Positions 55,416-64,000 of a stretch of 64,000 nt of DNA are shown here, one piece after another. The notes under the pieces were generated by a model, which saw only the letters and a list, made by a program, of their open reading frames with translations, ran no database searches and was not told the DNA's origin. The number at the start of each line of letters is the position of its first letter. Within the stretch, counting starts at the first letter, position 1. The translations under genes were made by a program, and so were the position numbers. Source of the stretch: Alphaproteobacteria bacterium. GTDB taxonomy: Bacteria; Pseudomonadota; Alphaproteobacteria; Bin95. Location: NCBI GenBank assembly GCA_963665325.3, contig CAXXWS020000003.1, positions 96,001 to 160,000 of the forward strand, in the 5' to 3' direction.

Positions 55416-56321
55416 ATGGGCAGCTTCGAGGCCTTTCGGGCGCTTCCCCACGCGATCACGCTGCTGGGCATGTCGGGGGTCGGCAAGACCGTGCTCTCGA
55501 CATCGCTGCGCCGGTCGGCCAACTGGTACCACTATTCGGCCGACTACCGCATCGGCACGCGCTACCTGGCCGAGCACATACTCGACAACATCAAGTTCAA
55601 GATCATGTCGATGGCGGACCGCTTCGTCGCCGACCTGCTGCGATCCGATTCGATCTATATCGAGCACAATATCTCGGTCGACAATCTGGAGCCGGTCTCG
55701 ACTTTCCTCGGCATGTACGGCGATCCGGATGCGGGCGGGCTCGACATGGAGACCTTCCTCTGGCGCCAGGGCCTCTACCGGGACGCCGAGATACAGTCGA
55801 TGCTCGACATGCCGGACTTCATCGCCAAGGGCTGGCGGCTCTATGGCTGCGAGAGTTTCGTCAATGACGCCTCCGGCTCGCTCTGCGAGGTGGTCGATCT
55901 CGACAATCCGGAGGACCCGGTGCTGGAACGGCTCACGGGCCACAGCCTGATCGTCTATATCCGCGCGGACGCCGCCTTCGAGGAGACGCTGAAGGAGCGC
56001 GCCCGCACCCATCCGAAACCGCTGTTCTATAATCCCGACTTCCTGATGCCGCGCCTGGAGGGCATGCCCGGGGATGGCGCGGGCGTCGATCCGGTAGGAT
56101 TCGTGCGCCCGCTCTTTCCCGAGCTGCTGGCCTTTCGCCGGCCCCGCTATGAGCGCCTCGCCCGTCACGGCCTGGCGCTGGAGACCGCAGACGTGTTCCC
56201 GAATAACAGCGTTCCCGATGCGGACGGCTTCCTCGCGACCCTCTGGGAGTGCGGCGGCGACCGGCTGGACGGCTACGTCGAGATCTGCGAGCGGCGCCGG
56301 GCGGAAAGGAAGGGCGGCTGA
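55416..56321 (+). CDS. Uncharacterised P-loop NTPase/kinase-like protein
   Basis: LLGMSGVGKT Walker A; HYSADYRIGTRYL, DASGSLCEV, HPKP. Confidence 0.75.
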   Translation: MGSFEAFRALPHAITLLGMSGVGKTVLSTSLRRSANWYHYSADYRIGTRYLAEHILDNIKFKIMSMADRFVADLLRSDSIYIEHNISVDNLEPVSTFLGMYGDPDAGGLDMETFLWRQGLYRDAEIQSMLDMPDFIAKGWRLYGCESFVNDASGSLCEVVDLDNPEDPVLERLTGHSLIVYIRADAAFEETLKERARTHPKPLFYNPDFLMPRLEGMPGDGAGVDPVGFVRPLFPELLAFRRPRYERLARHGLALETADVFPNNSVPDADGFLATLWECGGDRLDGYVEICERRRAERKGG

Positions 56322-57199
56322 TGGCCATTCGGCTTGCAGAAGGACTGCCGGCGGCGGCCGAGCTTGCGCGAGAGGGCGTACCGCTCTTCTCCGACGACCG
56401 GCCGGCGCGGCGCGTCCTCATGGTCAACCTCATGCCGGAGAAACAGAAGACCGAGCGCCAGATCGGGCGCAAGCTCGGGCTCGCCGGCCCCGATATCGCG
56501 CTCTCGCTCGCGGTTCCGTCGCGCTACCGGGGCAAGAACGCCGATCCCGGACACATGGCCGCCTTCTACGGGGGGCTGGAAGCAGCGGATCAAGCGGACG
56601 GCGTGATCCTGACCGGCGCGCCCATCGAACTGCTGGACTTCCAGGAGGTCGATTACTGGGAGGAAATCGCGCATATGCTGGACGGGCTGCGTGCCCGGAA
56701 GACGCCGCTTTTCACGCTCTGCTGGGCGGCGCAGGCGGCGCTCTACCGCTATTACGGCGTACCGAAACACGCGCTGCCTGAAAAGCGCTTCGGCGTGTTC
56801 GAGCACCGGATCGCCGCGCCCGCGAACCCCGCCATGGCCGGGATCGAGGGGCCGGTGGCGATGCCGGTCTCGCGCCATACCGAGACACGCCGCGAGGACC
56901 TCGAACGGGTCGGCGAAGGCCTCGACCTGCTGCTGGATCATGACGAGGCGAATGTCGGCGCCATCTGCGAACCGGCGCTCGGCCATGTCCACGCGCTCAA
57001 CCATTTCGAATATGAGGCGGGGACGCTCGACGACGAATACCGCCGCGATCTCGGACGCCGCGACGACGTGCCGGCGCCGAAGGCCTACTACCCGGACGAC
57101 GACCCGACGCAACCGCCCGGGGACCGCTGGCGCGCCGCCGGCGAGCGCTTCTATGCAAACTGGGTGGCCATGCTGGCGCGCCGGGAGCAGAACCGGTGA
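56321..57199 (+). CDS. metA: MetA-family homoserine O-acyltransferase (probably acetyltransferase)
   Basis: NLMPEK..TE.Q, LTGAPIE, LCWAAQA (catalytic Cys), SRH, HFEY. Confidence 0.88.
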   Translation: MAIRLAEGLPAAAELAREGVPLFSDDRPARRVLMVNLMPEKQKTERQIGRKLGLAGPDIALSLAVPSRYRGKNADPGHMAAFYGGLEAADQADGVILTGAPIELLDFQEVDYWEEIAHMLDGLRARKTPLFTLCWAAQAALYRYYGVPKHALPEKRFGVFEHRIAAPANPAMAGIEGPVAMPVSRHTETRREDLERVGEGLDLLLDHDEANVGAICEPALGHVHALNHFEYEAGTLDDEYRRDLGRRDDVPAPKAYYPDDDPTQPPGDRWRAAGERFYANWVAMLARREQNR

Positions 57200-57813
57200 G
57201 CTACACGCTATACAACCGGCCGGGCTCGGGCGGCTTTGTGGTCGAGGCGGCGTTGACGCTGGCGGAGGCGCGGTTCGAACTCGTCGAGCTGGACTCGAAG
57301 GCCGGAACGCCGTTGCCGGATAGCTTTCGCACCACTAACCCCTGGGGCCAGTTGCCGACCCTGATCCTGCCGGACAGCACGGTCATGACCGAGACCTCGG
57401 CGATCCTGATCCACCTCGCGGCCTGCTTCCCGGAAAAGGGCCTGGCGCCCCCGTCCGGCACGCCGGCGCACGCGGCCTTCCTGCGCTGGACGGTCTTCGC
57501 CAATATCAATCTTTACGAAGCAGTGCTCAGGCGGGGCTACCCGTTCCGCTTTACCGACGATGCCGGGGGACACGACGCGCTCCGGAGCGCCGCCATCCGC
57601 CGTATGGGCGAGGCGCTGGCCCTCGTCGACGCGCATGTCGAGGGGCCGTTCCTGCTGGGCGATGACATGACGGTGGCGGACATCTACCTCGCCATGTTCC
57701 TTCTCTGGTACCGTGGCGACATCGACGCGCCCCGCCTCGCCCGGATCGGGAAAGCGGTTCGCCGCCACCCGGTCGTCGGCCCGATCTGGCGCCGCCATTA
57801 CGGCGACCGGTAA
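57196..57813 (+). CDS. Glutathione S-transferase family protein
   Basis: NPWGQLPTL...MTETSAIL...FLLGDDMTVADIY. Confidence 0.9.
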   Translation: MSYTLYNRPGSGGFVVEAALTLAEARFELVELDSKAGTPLPDSFRTTNPWGQLPTLILPDSTVMTETSAILIHLAACFPEKGLAPPSGTPAHAAFLRWTVFANINLYEAVLRRGYPFRFTDDAGGHDALRSAAIRRMGEALALVDAHVEGPFLLGDDMTVADIYLAMFLLWYRGDIDAPRLARIGKAVRRHPVVGPIWRRHYGDR

Positions 57814-57849
57814 GGGGAAGGAGAGGGTCGCCCCTGTCTGTTGACGCCC

Positions 57850-57885
57850 TTGACGTTCGGTCTTTACTTAGTCCATATTGGACTA
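57850..57885 (+). promoter_or_regulatory. TA promoter with palindromic operator
   Basis: TTGACG at 57850; TAGTCCA-TAT-TGGACTA inverted repeat at 57869-57885 covers the -10 region. Confidence 0.65.
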
Positions 57886-57907
57886 GATAAATGAATCCGG
57901 GGAAGCG

Positions 57908-58192
57908 ATGAGCAGCAAACGCCCAGGGGCCCGCCGGGTCTGGACCGTCGCCGAAGCCAAGTCGCGCCTGTCCGAAGTGCTGCGCCTGGCTGAGGAAGAG
58001 GGGCCGCAGCATATCGGCAGGAGGCGGGCTTTCGTGGTCGTGCCCGCCGGCGAGTGGTATGCGAAGACGCAGCCCCGGCCGCCCATGGGCCGATGGCTGG
58101 TGGAGAACATGCCCCGCGGCACCAATCTCGATCTTCCCCCGGACAGGCGGTCCCGGAGGGAGATTCCCTTTGCAGACGGCGCCGGTGAATGA
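57908..58192 (+). CDS. Phd/YefM-family antitoxin
   Basis: WTVAEAKSRLSEVLRLAEEEGPQ.I...VVV. Confidence 0.85.
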   Translation: MSSKRPGARRVWTVAEAKSRLSEVLRLAEEEGPQHIGRRRAFVVVPAGEWYAKTQPRPPMGRWLVENMPRGTNLDLPPDRRSRREIPFADGAGE

Positions 58193-58608
58193 CGGGATTC
58201 CTGCTCGACACGAATGTGGTGTCGGAACTGACGAGGGACGCAGCCGATCCAAGCGTTCTGGTGTTCCTTGCCGAGCATGACGATTTGTGGCTGTCCACCA
58301 TCGTCCTGCACGAACTGGACTATGGCGCGGGCCTGCTTCCATCCGGGCGACGCCGGGACGCGATAAGCAGCGCGCTGGCGGCGTTCGTGGCGAAATACGA
58401 AGACCGCATCCTTCCGATCGGGCGTCCGGAAGCCGCCGAGGCGGCGGCGCTCCGGGCCCGGGCGCGGCATTCGGGCCGCGTGCTGGACCTGGGCGACGCA
58501 CTCATTGCGGGAACCGCCGGCGCGAACGACCTCTCGGTCGCGACGAGGAACGTTCGGGATTTCGAAGGCCTCGGCCTCGCTGTCGTGAACCCCTGGAACC
58601 CGCTGTAG
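58189..58608 (+). CDS. vapC: VapC PIN-domain toxin
   Basis: LLDTNVVSE, LHEL, DALIAGTA, TRNVRDF. Confidence 0.92.
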   Translation: MTGFLLDTNVVSELTRDAADPSVLVFLAEHDDLWLSTIVLHELDYGAGLLPSGRRRDAISSALAAFVAKYEDRILPIGRPEAAEAAALRARARHSGRVLDLGDALIAGTAGANDLSVATRNVRDFEGLGLAVVNPWNPL

Positions 58609-58643
58609 CAGGTATCGCCGGGCCGCGCCGCAGACAAGGTCGT

Positions 58644-58961
58644 TCAGGCCGCGACGGAGATCGCGCCTGCGTCGTTGTCCACGATTACCGGCGACTCGAA
58701 AATCTCTATCGACGGCTCGGCGCCGTAGCGCTCGCGGATGCTGGCCTTCCAGGCGTCGTCGTAGAGCCGTTCGGCGTCCTCCCGCGACTCGAACACATAG
58801 ACGCCGCCGCCGGTCCGCGCTTCCTCGGAGAAAAGATAATATTTCCGCACCAGGCCCCGGACGCTGCGATAGCGCGGGGCGGATGCCTCAAAAGCGGCCG
58901 TGGCCGCCTCGCGCGTCATGCCAGCCGAGAGCGGGATGCGAACGATTGCAGTTACCGCCAT
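58644..58961 (-). CDS. YdhR-like putative monooxygenase (dimeric alpha+beta barrel)
   Basis: SAPRY..V.GL.RKY...GGGVY.FES. Confidence 0.7.
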   Translation of the reverse strand: MAVTAIVRIPLSAGMTREAATAAFEASAPRYRSVRGLVRKYYLFSEEARTGGGVYVFESREDAERLYDDAWKASIRERYGAEPSIEIFESPVIVDNDAGAISVAA

Positions 58962-59041
58962 GATTCAGGTCCTCCCAGGTTCGCCGTTTCGCGGCCAGAC
59001 TATCACCCGGACCGCACCCCGTCACCGGGTCCGGCGCGGCG

Positions 59042-59335
59042 TCAATCGACCCCTTCGACCATCCGCAGGTCGCGCTCGACCGCCCCTTCGAGCTTTGCGG
59101 CCGCCGCTTGGTAGGCCTCGCTGTCATGGGTCGCCACGGCCTGCTCGAAGCTCGCGAACTCGATGACCACGGTGCGCTCCCCGATGCCCGCTTCATAGGC
59201 CTGCACCCGCCCGCCGCGCGCGAGAAACCTGCCGCCGCCCGCCTCTATCGCCGGCCCCGCGAGCTTTGCATATTCCACCAGCGCGTCGGGATTCGTTATC
59301 GACCGGTAACAGCTCACCCAGTAACCCTTCGCCAT
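59042..59335 (-). CDS. DUF1330 family protein
   Basis: GGRFLARGG...R.VVIEF.S...YQ. Confidence 0.88.
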   Translation of the reverse strand: MAKGYWVSCYRSITNPDALVEYAKLAGPAIEAGGGRFLARGGRVQAYEAGIGERTVVIEFASFEQAVATHDSEAYQAAAAKLEGAVERDLRMVEGVD

Positions 59336-59428
59336 CCTGTCCTCCCTGCCGACGGTGCGTCCAGAGGAGCATAGCCCGGTCCGGCGCGCGCGGTAAATTC
59401 ATCAGGAAACCCGGGGCCTCTGCCGGAA

Positions 59429-59980
59429 CTATGCGCTGCCGCGCCTCAGCAGGGCGTCCAGCGAGACGGGGCCGGCGCCGCGGGCGATGGGGATGAGCAG
59501 CAGGAAGATCCAGAAGAGCCGCTGGTCGAGGATTTTCGCGTCCGGCACATTGTCGAACCACATGCCGATCGTTGCCGCGTCGGCTCCATGGCCCACGATA
59601 TCGACAAAGCTCATCACCAGGATGAACCCGATCATGGCGAGGCTGGCGGCGCGGGTGAACAGGCCCACCACGATCAGCGCCGGGATGATGAACTCCGCCC
59701 ATGTGCCGGCCAGCACGATGAGGTCCGCGATAAAGCCGAGCTGCGACTCGTTATAGCCGACCGCCTCCATCTGCGCCGGGAGTATCTGCACATAGGCGCC
59801 GGCCGACAGCGAGAAGATGCCGCCGATCCCTTCCCCGAGCTTGGTCATTGCCGACGACCAGAAGAAGGTGGCGAGCGTCGCCAGAAACACCAGGCGCGCG
59901 AGGGTCGGCACGGCCGCGCCGTCGAGGAACCGCCCGACCGGTCCCAGAATGGCGTCTTCGAGGCGGTAGAGAGCATTCAT
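59429..59980 (-). CDS. DoxX-family membrane protein (BufD-like)
   Basis: LARLVFLATLATFFWSSAMTK, AEFIIPALIVVGLFTR, GAGPVSLD. Confidence 0.88.
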   Translation of the reverse strand: MNALYRLEDAILGPVGRFLDGAAVPTLARLVFLATLATFFWSSAMTKLGEGIGGIFSLSAGAYVQILPAQMEAVGYNESQLGFIADLIVLAGTWAEFIIPALIVVGLFTRAASLAMIGFILVMSFVDIVGHGADAATIGMWFDNVPDAKILDQRLFWIFLLLIPIARGAGPVSLDALLRRGSA

Positions 59981-59999
59981 TGCGAGTTCTCCCGACATT

Positions 60000-60749
60000 T
60001 CACACTGAGATTATCCCGATGGCCTGCGCGGCGAAGACCACGCTGAGAGTGGCGCCGAGATCGAAATCCGGCGCGTGCGCCATGGCCTTGTCCGCTGCCC
60101 GCCCCAGCGGCTCTCCGGCCCGGAGCGCCAGCAGGAAGCCGGCGCCGCCCGGAGGAAGGAGGTGCATGAGCACGGCGTCTGCCGGCCGCGACACCAGCAC
60201 ATCCTCGGCAGCGGGCAGGACCGGGGCCTTGTCCTCCGTCGCGTTGAAGCGCCAGATCGAATAGACCGGATGCGCCGAGCGAACGACATGGCATGCGGCC
60301 CGCAGGACGAGCCGGGTTTGCATGAGCGCCGCCGCCTCGCGCTCGCCCAGGACCGAGGGGTCGGCGGCGGGGTCGTCGGCTGCGTGGTAGGACACGCGGC
60401 GGGCATGTTCGAGACGCGCCACATCCGGCAGGTAGGCGAACCTGTCCACGGGCTCGAAGCTCTCCAGAAACGCCGCGAAACCTTCCCCGTAGAACATCAT
60501 GCGCGGCGACGAAGGCGGATGGGCGCGCACATAGACGCCCGCCATCGCCTCGAAGAATTCCTCGCCGACAAGCGCCCGCACGACAGGGAACGCCTCGCCG
60601 AGCGCTTCGATGAGCGCGACAACGACATTGTTGCGGTAGATGTCGAAACGCCGCCCCGCCGGCAGGCCGTTCGGCCGGACCAGGCCCGCCGGGACCGGTT
60701 TCGCCGGATCGAGCAGGGCCTCCACGAACGCGCTCTGGTAGTCAGGCAT
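60000..60749 (-). CDS. DUF2063 partner/RRE-like protein (BufC-like)
   Basis: RRFDIYRNNV...FPVV..LVGEEFF...YLPDVARLE. Confidence 0.9.
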   Translation of the reverse strand: MPDYQSAFVEALLDPAKPVPAGLVRPNGLPAGRRFDIYRNNVVVALIEALGEAFPVVRALVGEEFFEAMAGVYVRAHPPSSPRMMFYGEGFAAFLESFEPVDRFAYLPDVARLEHARRVSYHAADDPAADPSVLGEREAAALMQTRLVLRAACHVVRSAHPVYSIWRFNATEDKAPVLPAAEDVLVSRPADAVLMHLLPPGGAGFLLALRAGEPLGRAADKAMAHAPDFDLGATLSVVFAAQAIGIISV

Positions 60750-61599
60750 GGCAGTTCGCGAGCATCGCACCGGCCCGCGCGGCCTCGGCGGCGAGTACCG
60801 GCCATTCGGGCACGTCGTTGTCCCATTCGATCAGGGTCGGAAGCGGCCCCCAGCGCGCCAGCACACGGGCGAAGAGCGTCCAGACGGCGTCGGCGACGGG
60901 ATTGTTGTGCGCATCGATCAGCAGCGGGCCGCCATCCTCATCCGCCTCCGCCTCGTGGCCGGCGAGATGGATTTCCCCGACAAGGGCCATGGGGAAGGCG
61001 TCGAGATAGGCCTCGGCATCGCAGGCCCCGTTGACCGCCGAGACATACACATTGTTGACATCGAGCAGGAGGCCGCAGCCGGTGCGCGCGGCAACCGCGC
61101 CCAGGAACTCGACCTCGGCCACCGTGCTGGAGGAGAAGCCGAGATAGTTGGAGGGGTTCTCAAGCAGGATGCGGCGGCCAAGGCGCGCCTGCACTTCGTC
61201 GATATGGTCCGAGACCCGCGCGAGAGTCGCCTCGTCGCAGGGCAGCGGTAGGAGATCGGCCAGATATCCGCCGCCATGGCTGGACCAGGCGAGATGTTCG
61301 GAAACGCTTGCGGGCTGCAGCCAGGAGACCAGATGCGCCAGCCGCCCCAGATGCTCTGCGTCAAGCGGTCCCTCCGACCCGATGGAAAGGCCGACGCCGT
61401 GGCAGGAAATCGGGAGCCGCTCGGCGACCCGCCGGAGCCCGGCGATCGCGGGGCCGCCGCCGACCATGTAGTTTTCCGCGTGAATCTCGACCCAGGAGAC
61501 CGGGCCGGGCGATGCGAGGATGTCTTCGAGATGCCGGGGCTTGAAACCGACGCCGGCCTCGGGAGGCAGGCCGCTCCACACTCTGTCCATGCCGTCCAT
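60742..61599 (-). CDS. DUF692 multinuclear non-heme iron oxidative enzyme (MNIO, BufB-like)
   Basis: EIHAENYM, HGVGLSIG, SEHLAW, LLENPSNY, LLDVNN, EIHLAGH, IDAH, LIEWD. Confidence 0.95.
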   Translation of the reverse strand: MDGMDRVWSGLPPEAGVGFKPRHLEDILASPGPVSWVEIHAENYMVGGGPAIAGLRRVAERLPISCHGVGLSIGSEGPLDAEHLGRLAHLVSWLQPASVSEHLAWSSHGGGYLADLLPLPCDEATLARVSDHIDEVQARLGRRILLENPSNYLGFSSSTVAEVEFLGAVAARTGCGLLLDVNNVYVSAVNGACDAEAYLDAFPMALVGEIHLAGHEAEADEDGGPLLIDAHNNPVADAVWTLFARVLARWGPLPTLIEWDNDVPEWPVLAAEAARAGAMLANCHA

Positions 61600-61632
61600 C
61601 GCGAGTCCTCTGCCGCCAGGCAAGGGCGGTCG

Positions 61633-61661
61633 TCCGCGTCCCGGATTCCCCGGGACGCGGA
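61633..61661 (-). terminator. GC-rich stem-loop after the bufferin precursor gene (attenuator or mRNA stabiliser)
   Basis: TCCGCGTCCCGG-ATTCC-CCGGGACGCGGA, a perfect 12-bp stem without a U tract. Confidence 0.6.
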
Positions 61662-61671
61662 GGCGCCGTCC

Positions 61672-61965
61672 TCAGCTGGGAAGGTCGCGGTCCAGCGCTT
61701 CCAGCGAGCCGTTGCGGTCGCCGGGCACGTCCATGGTCAGGCAGGTGCCCTTGGGCACGAGCGTCCAGGCATTGCCCTGGTAATCGACGGTGGAGGTGCC
61801 CGCGCAAGTGGTGCCGGGGCCCGCGGCGCAGTCGTTCTTGCCGGCGAGCGAGACGCCGTAGCACTTCTCCTTGTCGCCTGCAGCAGCCGGCGTGGCGGTC
61901 TGCATGGCGAGCGCCGCCGCGACGGCGCTCGCGACTGCGAGGCCCTTGAGTGTCGATGTCTTCAT
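61672..61965 (-). CDS. DUF2282 bufferin-type precursor peptide (BufA1-like)
   Basis: Signal peptide, then EKCYGV...NDC...TCAG...GTC four-Cys motif; AAAGGA RBS. Confidence 0.92.
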   Translation of the reverse strand: MKTSTLKGLAVASAVAAALAMQTATPAAAGDKEKCYGVSLAGKNDCAAGPGTTCAGTSTVDYQGNAWTLVPKGTCLTMDVPGDRNGSLEALDRDLPS

Positions 61966-62235
61966 TGCATGTCCTTTCACATTGTCGAGGGTTCAGCAGG
62001 GGCGGTCCGAATCGGTCCACATGCAGATCGTTCCGTTGCCATCGCATGTTTCGCCGCGATCCCGTGCATTGCCATAAGATAGGAACAGTCCCGCGATCCG
62101 CCAAACGCCATGTCGCGACGGCGAACATCAAATCTCGGTGAACGTGCCCGCGATCCGGAATGGGGATGACCGCTCCGGCGGCCGGCCTTACCCTCCGGCC
62201 CGGTCGTTTCCCGAGAAATTCAACGGAGCAGAGCC

Positions 62236-62982
62236 ATGCCCGATCCGCTGTTCGACTTCACCGGCAAGACCGTGCTCGTCACCGGCGGCAGCCGGGGGCT
62301 CGGGCGCGAGATGGCGCTGGGCTTCGCCCGGCGCGGGGCCGATGCGGTCATCGTCTCCCGGCGCGAGGAATCCTGCCGGGCCGTGGCGGCGGAGGTCGAG
62401 GCGCTCGGCCGGCGCGCCTGGGCGATGCCCTGCAACGTCTCGGACTGGGATGCGCTGGAGGACCTGGCGAAGCGGGCCTGGTCGGAGGCCGGCGGCATCG
62501 ACGTGCTGGTCAACAATGCGGGCTCCTCGCCGCTCGCGCCCTCCTCGCTGGAAACGCCGGAGGGGCTGTTCGACAAGGTGCTGGCGCTCAACTTCAAGGG
62601 GCCGTTCCGGCTGACGGCGCTGCTGGGCTCGGCCATGGCGGCGGGCCGGGGCGGAGCTGTGGTCAACATTTCCAGCACCGGCGCCATCCGCCCGCGCCCC
62701 GAGCTCGCGCCCTATGCCGGGGCCAAGGCGGCGCTGAATGCGGTGACGGAGGCCTTTGCCCGCGAATATGCCCCGAAGGTCCGCGTCAACGGAATCATGC
62801 CGGGGCGCTTCCTCACCGACATCTCGCATGCCTGGGACGATGAGACGCGCCGCAACCCCGAAGCCGCGCTCCAGCGCAGCGGCGAGCCGGAAGAAATCGT
62901 CACCGCCGCTCTCTACCTCGCCTCGGACGCCAGCGGCTTCACCACCGGCTCCATCATCCGCGTGGACGGTGGCGCGCCCTGA
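62236..62982 (+). CDS. SDR oxidoreductase
   Basis: TGGSRGLG, LVNNAG, YAGAK. Confidence 0.9.
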   Translation: MPDPLFDFTGKTVLVTGGSRGLGREMALGFARRGADAVIVSRREESCRAVAAEVEALGRRAWAMPCNVSDWDALEDLAKRAWSEAGGIDVLVNNAGSSPLAPSSLETPEGLFDKVLALNFKGPFRLTALLGSAMAAGRGGAVVNISSTGAIRPRPELAPYAGAKAALNAVTEAFAREYAPKVRVNGIMPGRFLTDISHAWDDETRRNPEAALQRSGEPEEIVTAALYLASDASGFTTGSIIRVDGGAP

Positions 62983-63032
62983 GGGGCAGGCGCGTCTGCT
63001 CCAAACGCCGGAAAGAGGTCAGGGTAGCAACG

Positions 63033-64000
63033 CTATCCGCTCGGCCCGTAGACGAGGTCCGGCAGCCAGAGCACAAATTCCGGGAACAGTGCGATCAGGA
63101 CGATCACGACGACATAGGTGAGCAGGAACGGGATCACGGCCACCGAAATCCTGTCGATGCTCAAATTCGTCAATCGTGTCGCAACGAACAGGTTTGCCCC
63201 GACCGGCGGCGTGAGGAAGCCAATCTCGCAGGCGATCACCATGATCACTCCGAACACCACCGGGTCGATGCCGATCGAAACCGCGATGGGAAGCATCAGC
63301 GGGGTCAGCAGGATGATCTGGGCAATCGACTCGAGGAACATGCCGGTGATGATCAGGATCGCGGCGATGACCAGGAGCAGGATGAAGCTGCTGTCCGTGA
63401 AGCCGGTCAGGAATTCGCCGATCAGGAACGGCACATCCATCAGGCTCAGCAATTCGCCGAAGGCCTTGGCCGGACCGACGATGATCAGGACGGCGCCCGA
63501 AATCATCGCCGTGGTCTTCAGGCAGGACAGGATCGCGTCCCAGGTCAGCTCGCGGTGCACGAATTGACCGACGAGAAAGGCGTAAACCACCGCGACCGAA
63601 GCCGCTTCGGTAGGCGTGAAGGCCCCGCTGTAGATGCCGCCGAGGATCAGGACGGGAGCGCCGATAGCCCATTTGCCGTCCCAGCAGGCCCGCCCGACGC
63701 GCACCCATGCAAAACTGTGATCGGTCTGCCCGCCATAGCCGCGCCGGCGCGCGATCAGCCATGTGACCACCAGGAGCAATGCACTCGCGATCAGCCCCGG
63801 CAGGACGCCGGCAAGGAACATGCGCGGGATCGAAGTGTCCGAAACCACACCGTAGATGATCATCAGGTTGCTCGGCGGAATAAGGCTTCCCAACGCACCG
63901 CCGGAGGCGACGATCGCGCCGCCATAGGCCGGGTCGTAGCGCTCGCGGACCATCGCCGGAATCATAACGGCGCCGATCGCCGCCGTCGTTGCGGGCCCCG
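63033..64000 (-). CDS. TRAP transporter large permease DctM (3' part; start lies beyond the window)
   Basis: LIPPSN.MIIYG, GAFTPTEAA, IGFLTPPVGANLFV. Confidence 0.92.
   Translation of the reverse strand, partial: GPATTAAIGAVMIPAMVRERYDPAYGGAIVASGGALGSLIPPSNLMIIYGVVSDTSIPRMFLAGVLPGLIASALLLVVTWLIARRRGYGGQTDHSFAWVRVGRACWDGKWAIGAPVLILGGIYSGAFTPTEAASVAVVYAFLVGQFVHRELTWDAILSCLKTTAMISGAVLIIVGPAKAFGELLSLMDVPFLIGEFLTGFTDSSFILLLVIAAILIITGMFLESIAQIILLTPLMLPIAVSIGIDPVVFGVIMVIACEIGFLTPPVGANLFVATRLTNLSIDRISVAVIPFLLTYVVVIVLIALFPEFVLWLPDLVYGPSG

Noticed and set aside
62040-62080. ECF (SigF-like) promoter for the bufferin operon
   Set aside because: Only a CGAA -10-like half is evident on the minus strand; there is no convincing GTAA -35 at the proper spacing.

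Overview
High-GC alphaproteobacterial chromosomal segment, judged from the conserved gene orders rpmF-plsX-fabH-ihfA-merR and bolA-dnaJ-like-cobS-cobT and from a gcrA-like gene. Core and metabolic content: alaS (5' part), secA, recQ, gcvT-H-PA-PB behind a tandem glycine riboswitch, soxBDAG plus allA, two Rieske oxygenase clusters, acyl-CoA catabolism genes, a P-loop protein paired with metA, a Phd/VapC toxin-antitoxin pair, a bufferin-type (DUF2282/DUF692/DUF2063/DoxX) RiPP operon and part of a TRAP permease. The most unusual locus is a roughly 4 kb accessory island at about 38.2-42.2 kb. It encodes a signal/TM-anchored protein that is almost entirely (Gly-Asp)84, an overlapping small lipoprotein, an Asp/Asn beta-hydroxylase-type 2OG-Fe(II) oxygenase, a convergent uncharacterised enzyme (AMMECR1-like plus alpha/alpha-toroid-like) and a membrane-bound LuxR regulator. 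This is a candidate undescribed system for a ribosomally made, post-translationally modified polyanion. Second is a dispersed 350-450 bp non-coding element in two copies (about 17.95-18.34 kb and 43.27-43.71 kb) with conserved blocks, CATGAC repeats phased at 10 bp and upstream promoter-like motifs; one copy has a perfect alphaproteobacterial LexA box. All family assignments come from motif recognition by eye; no database searches were run.
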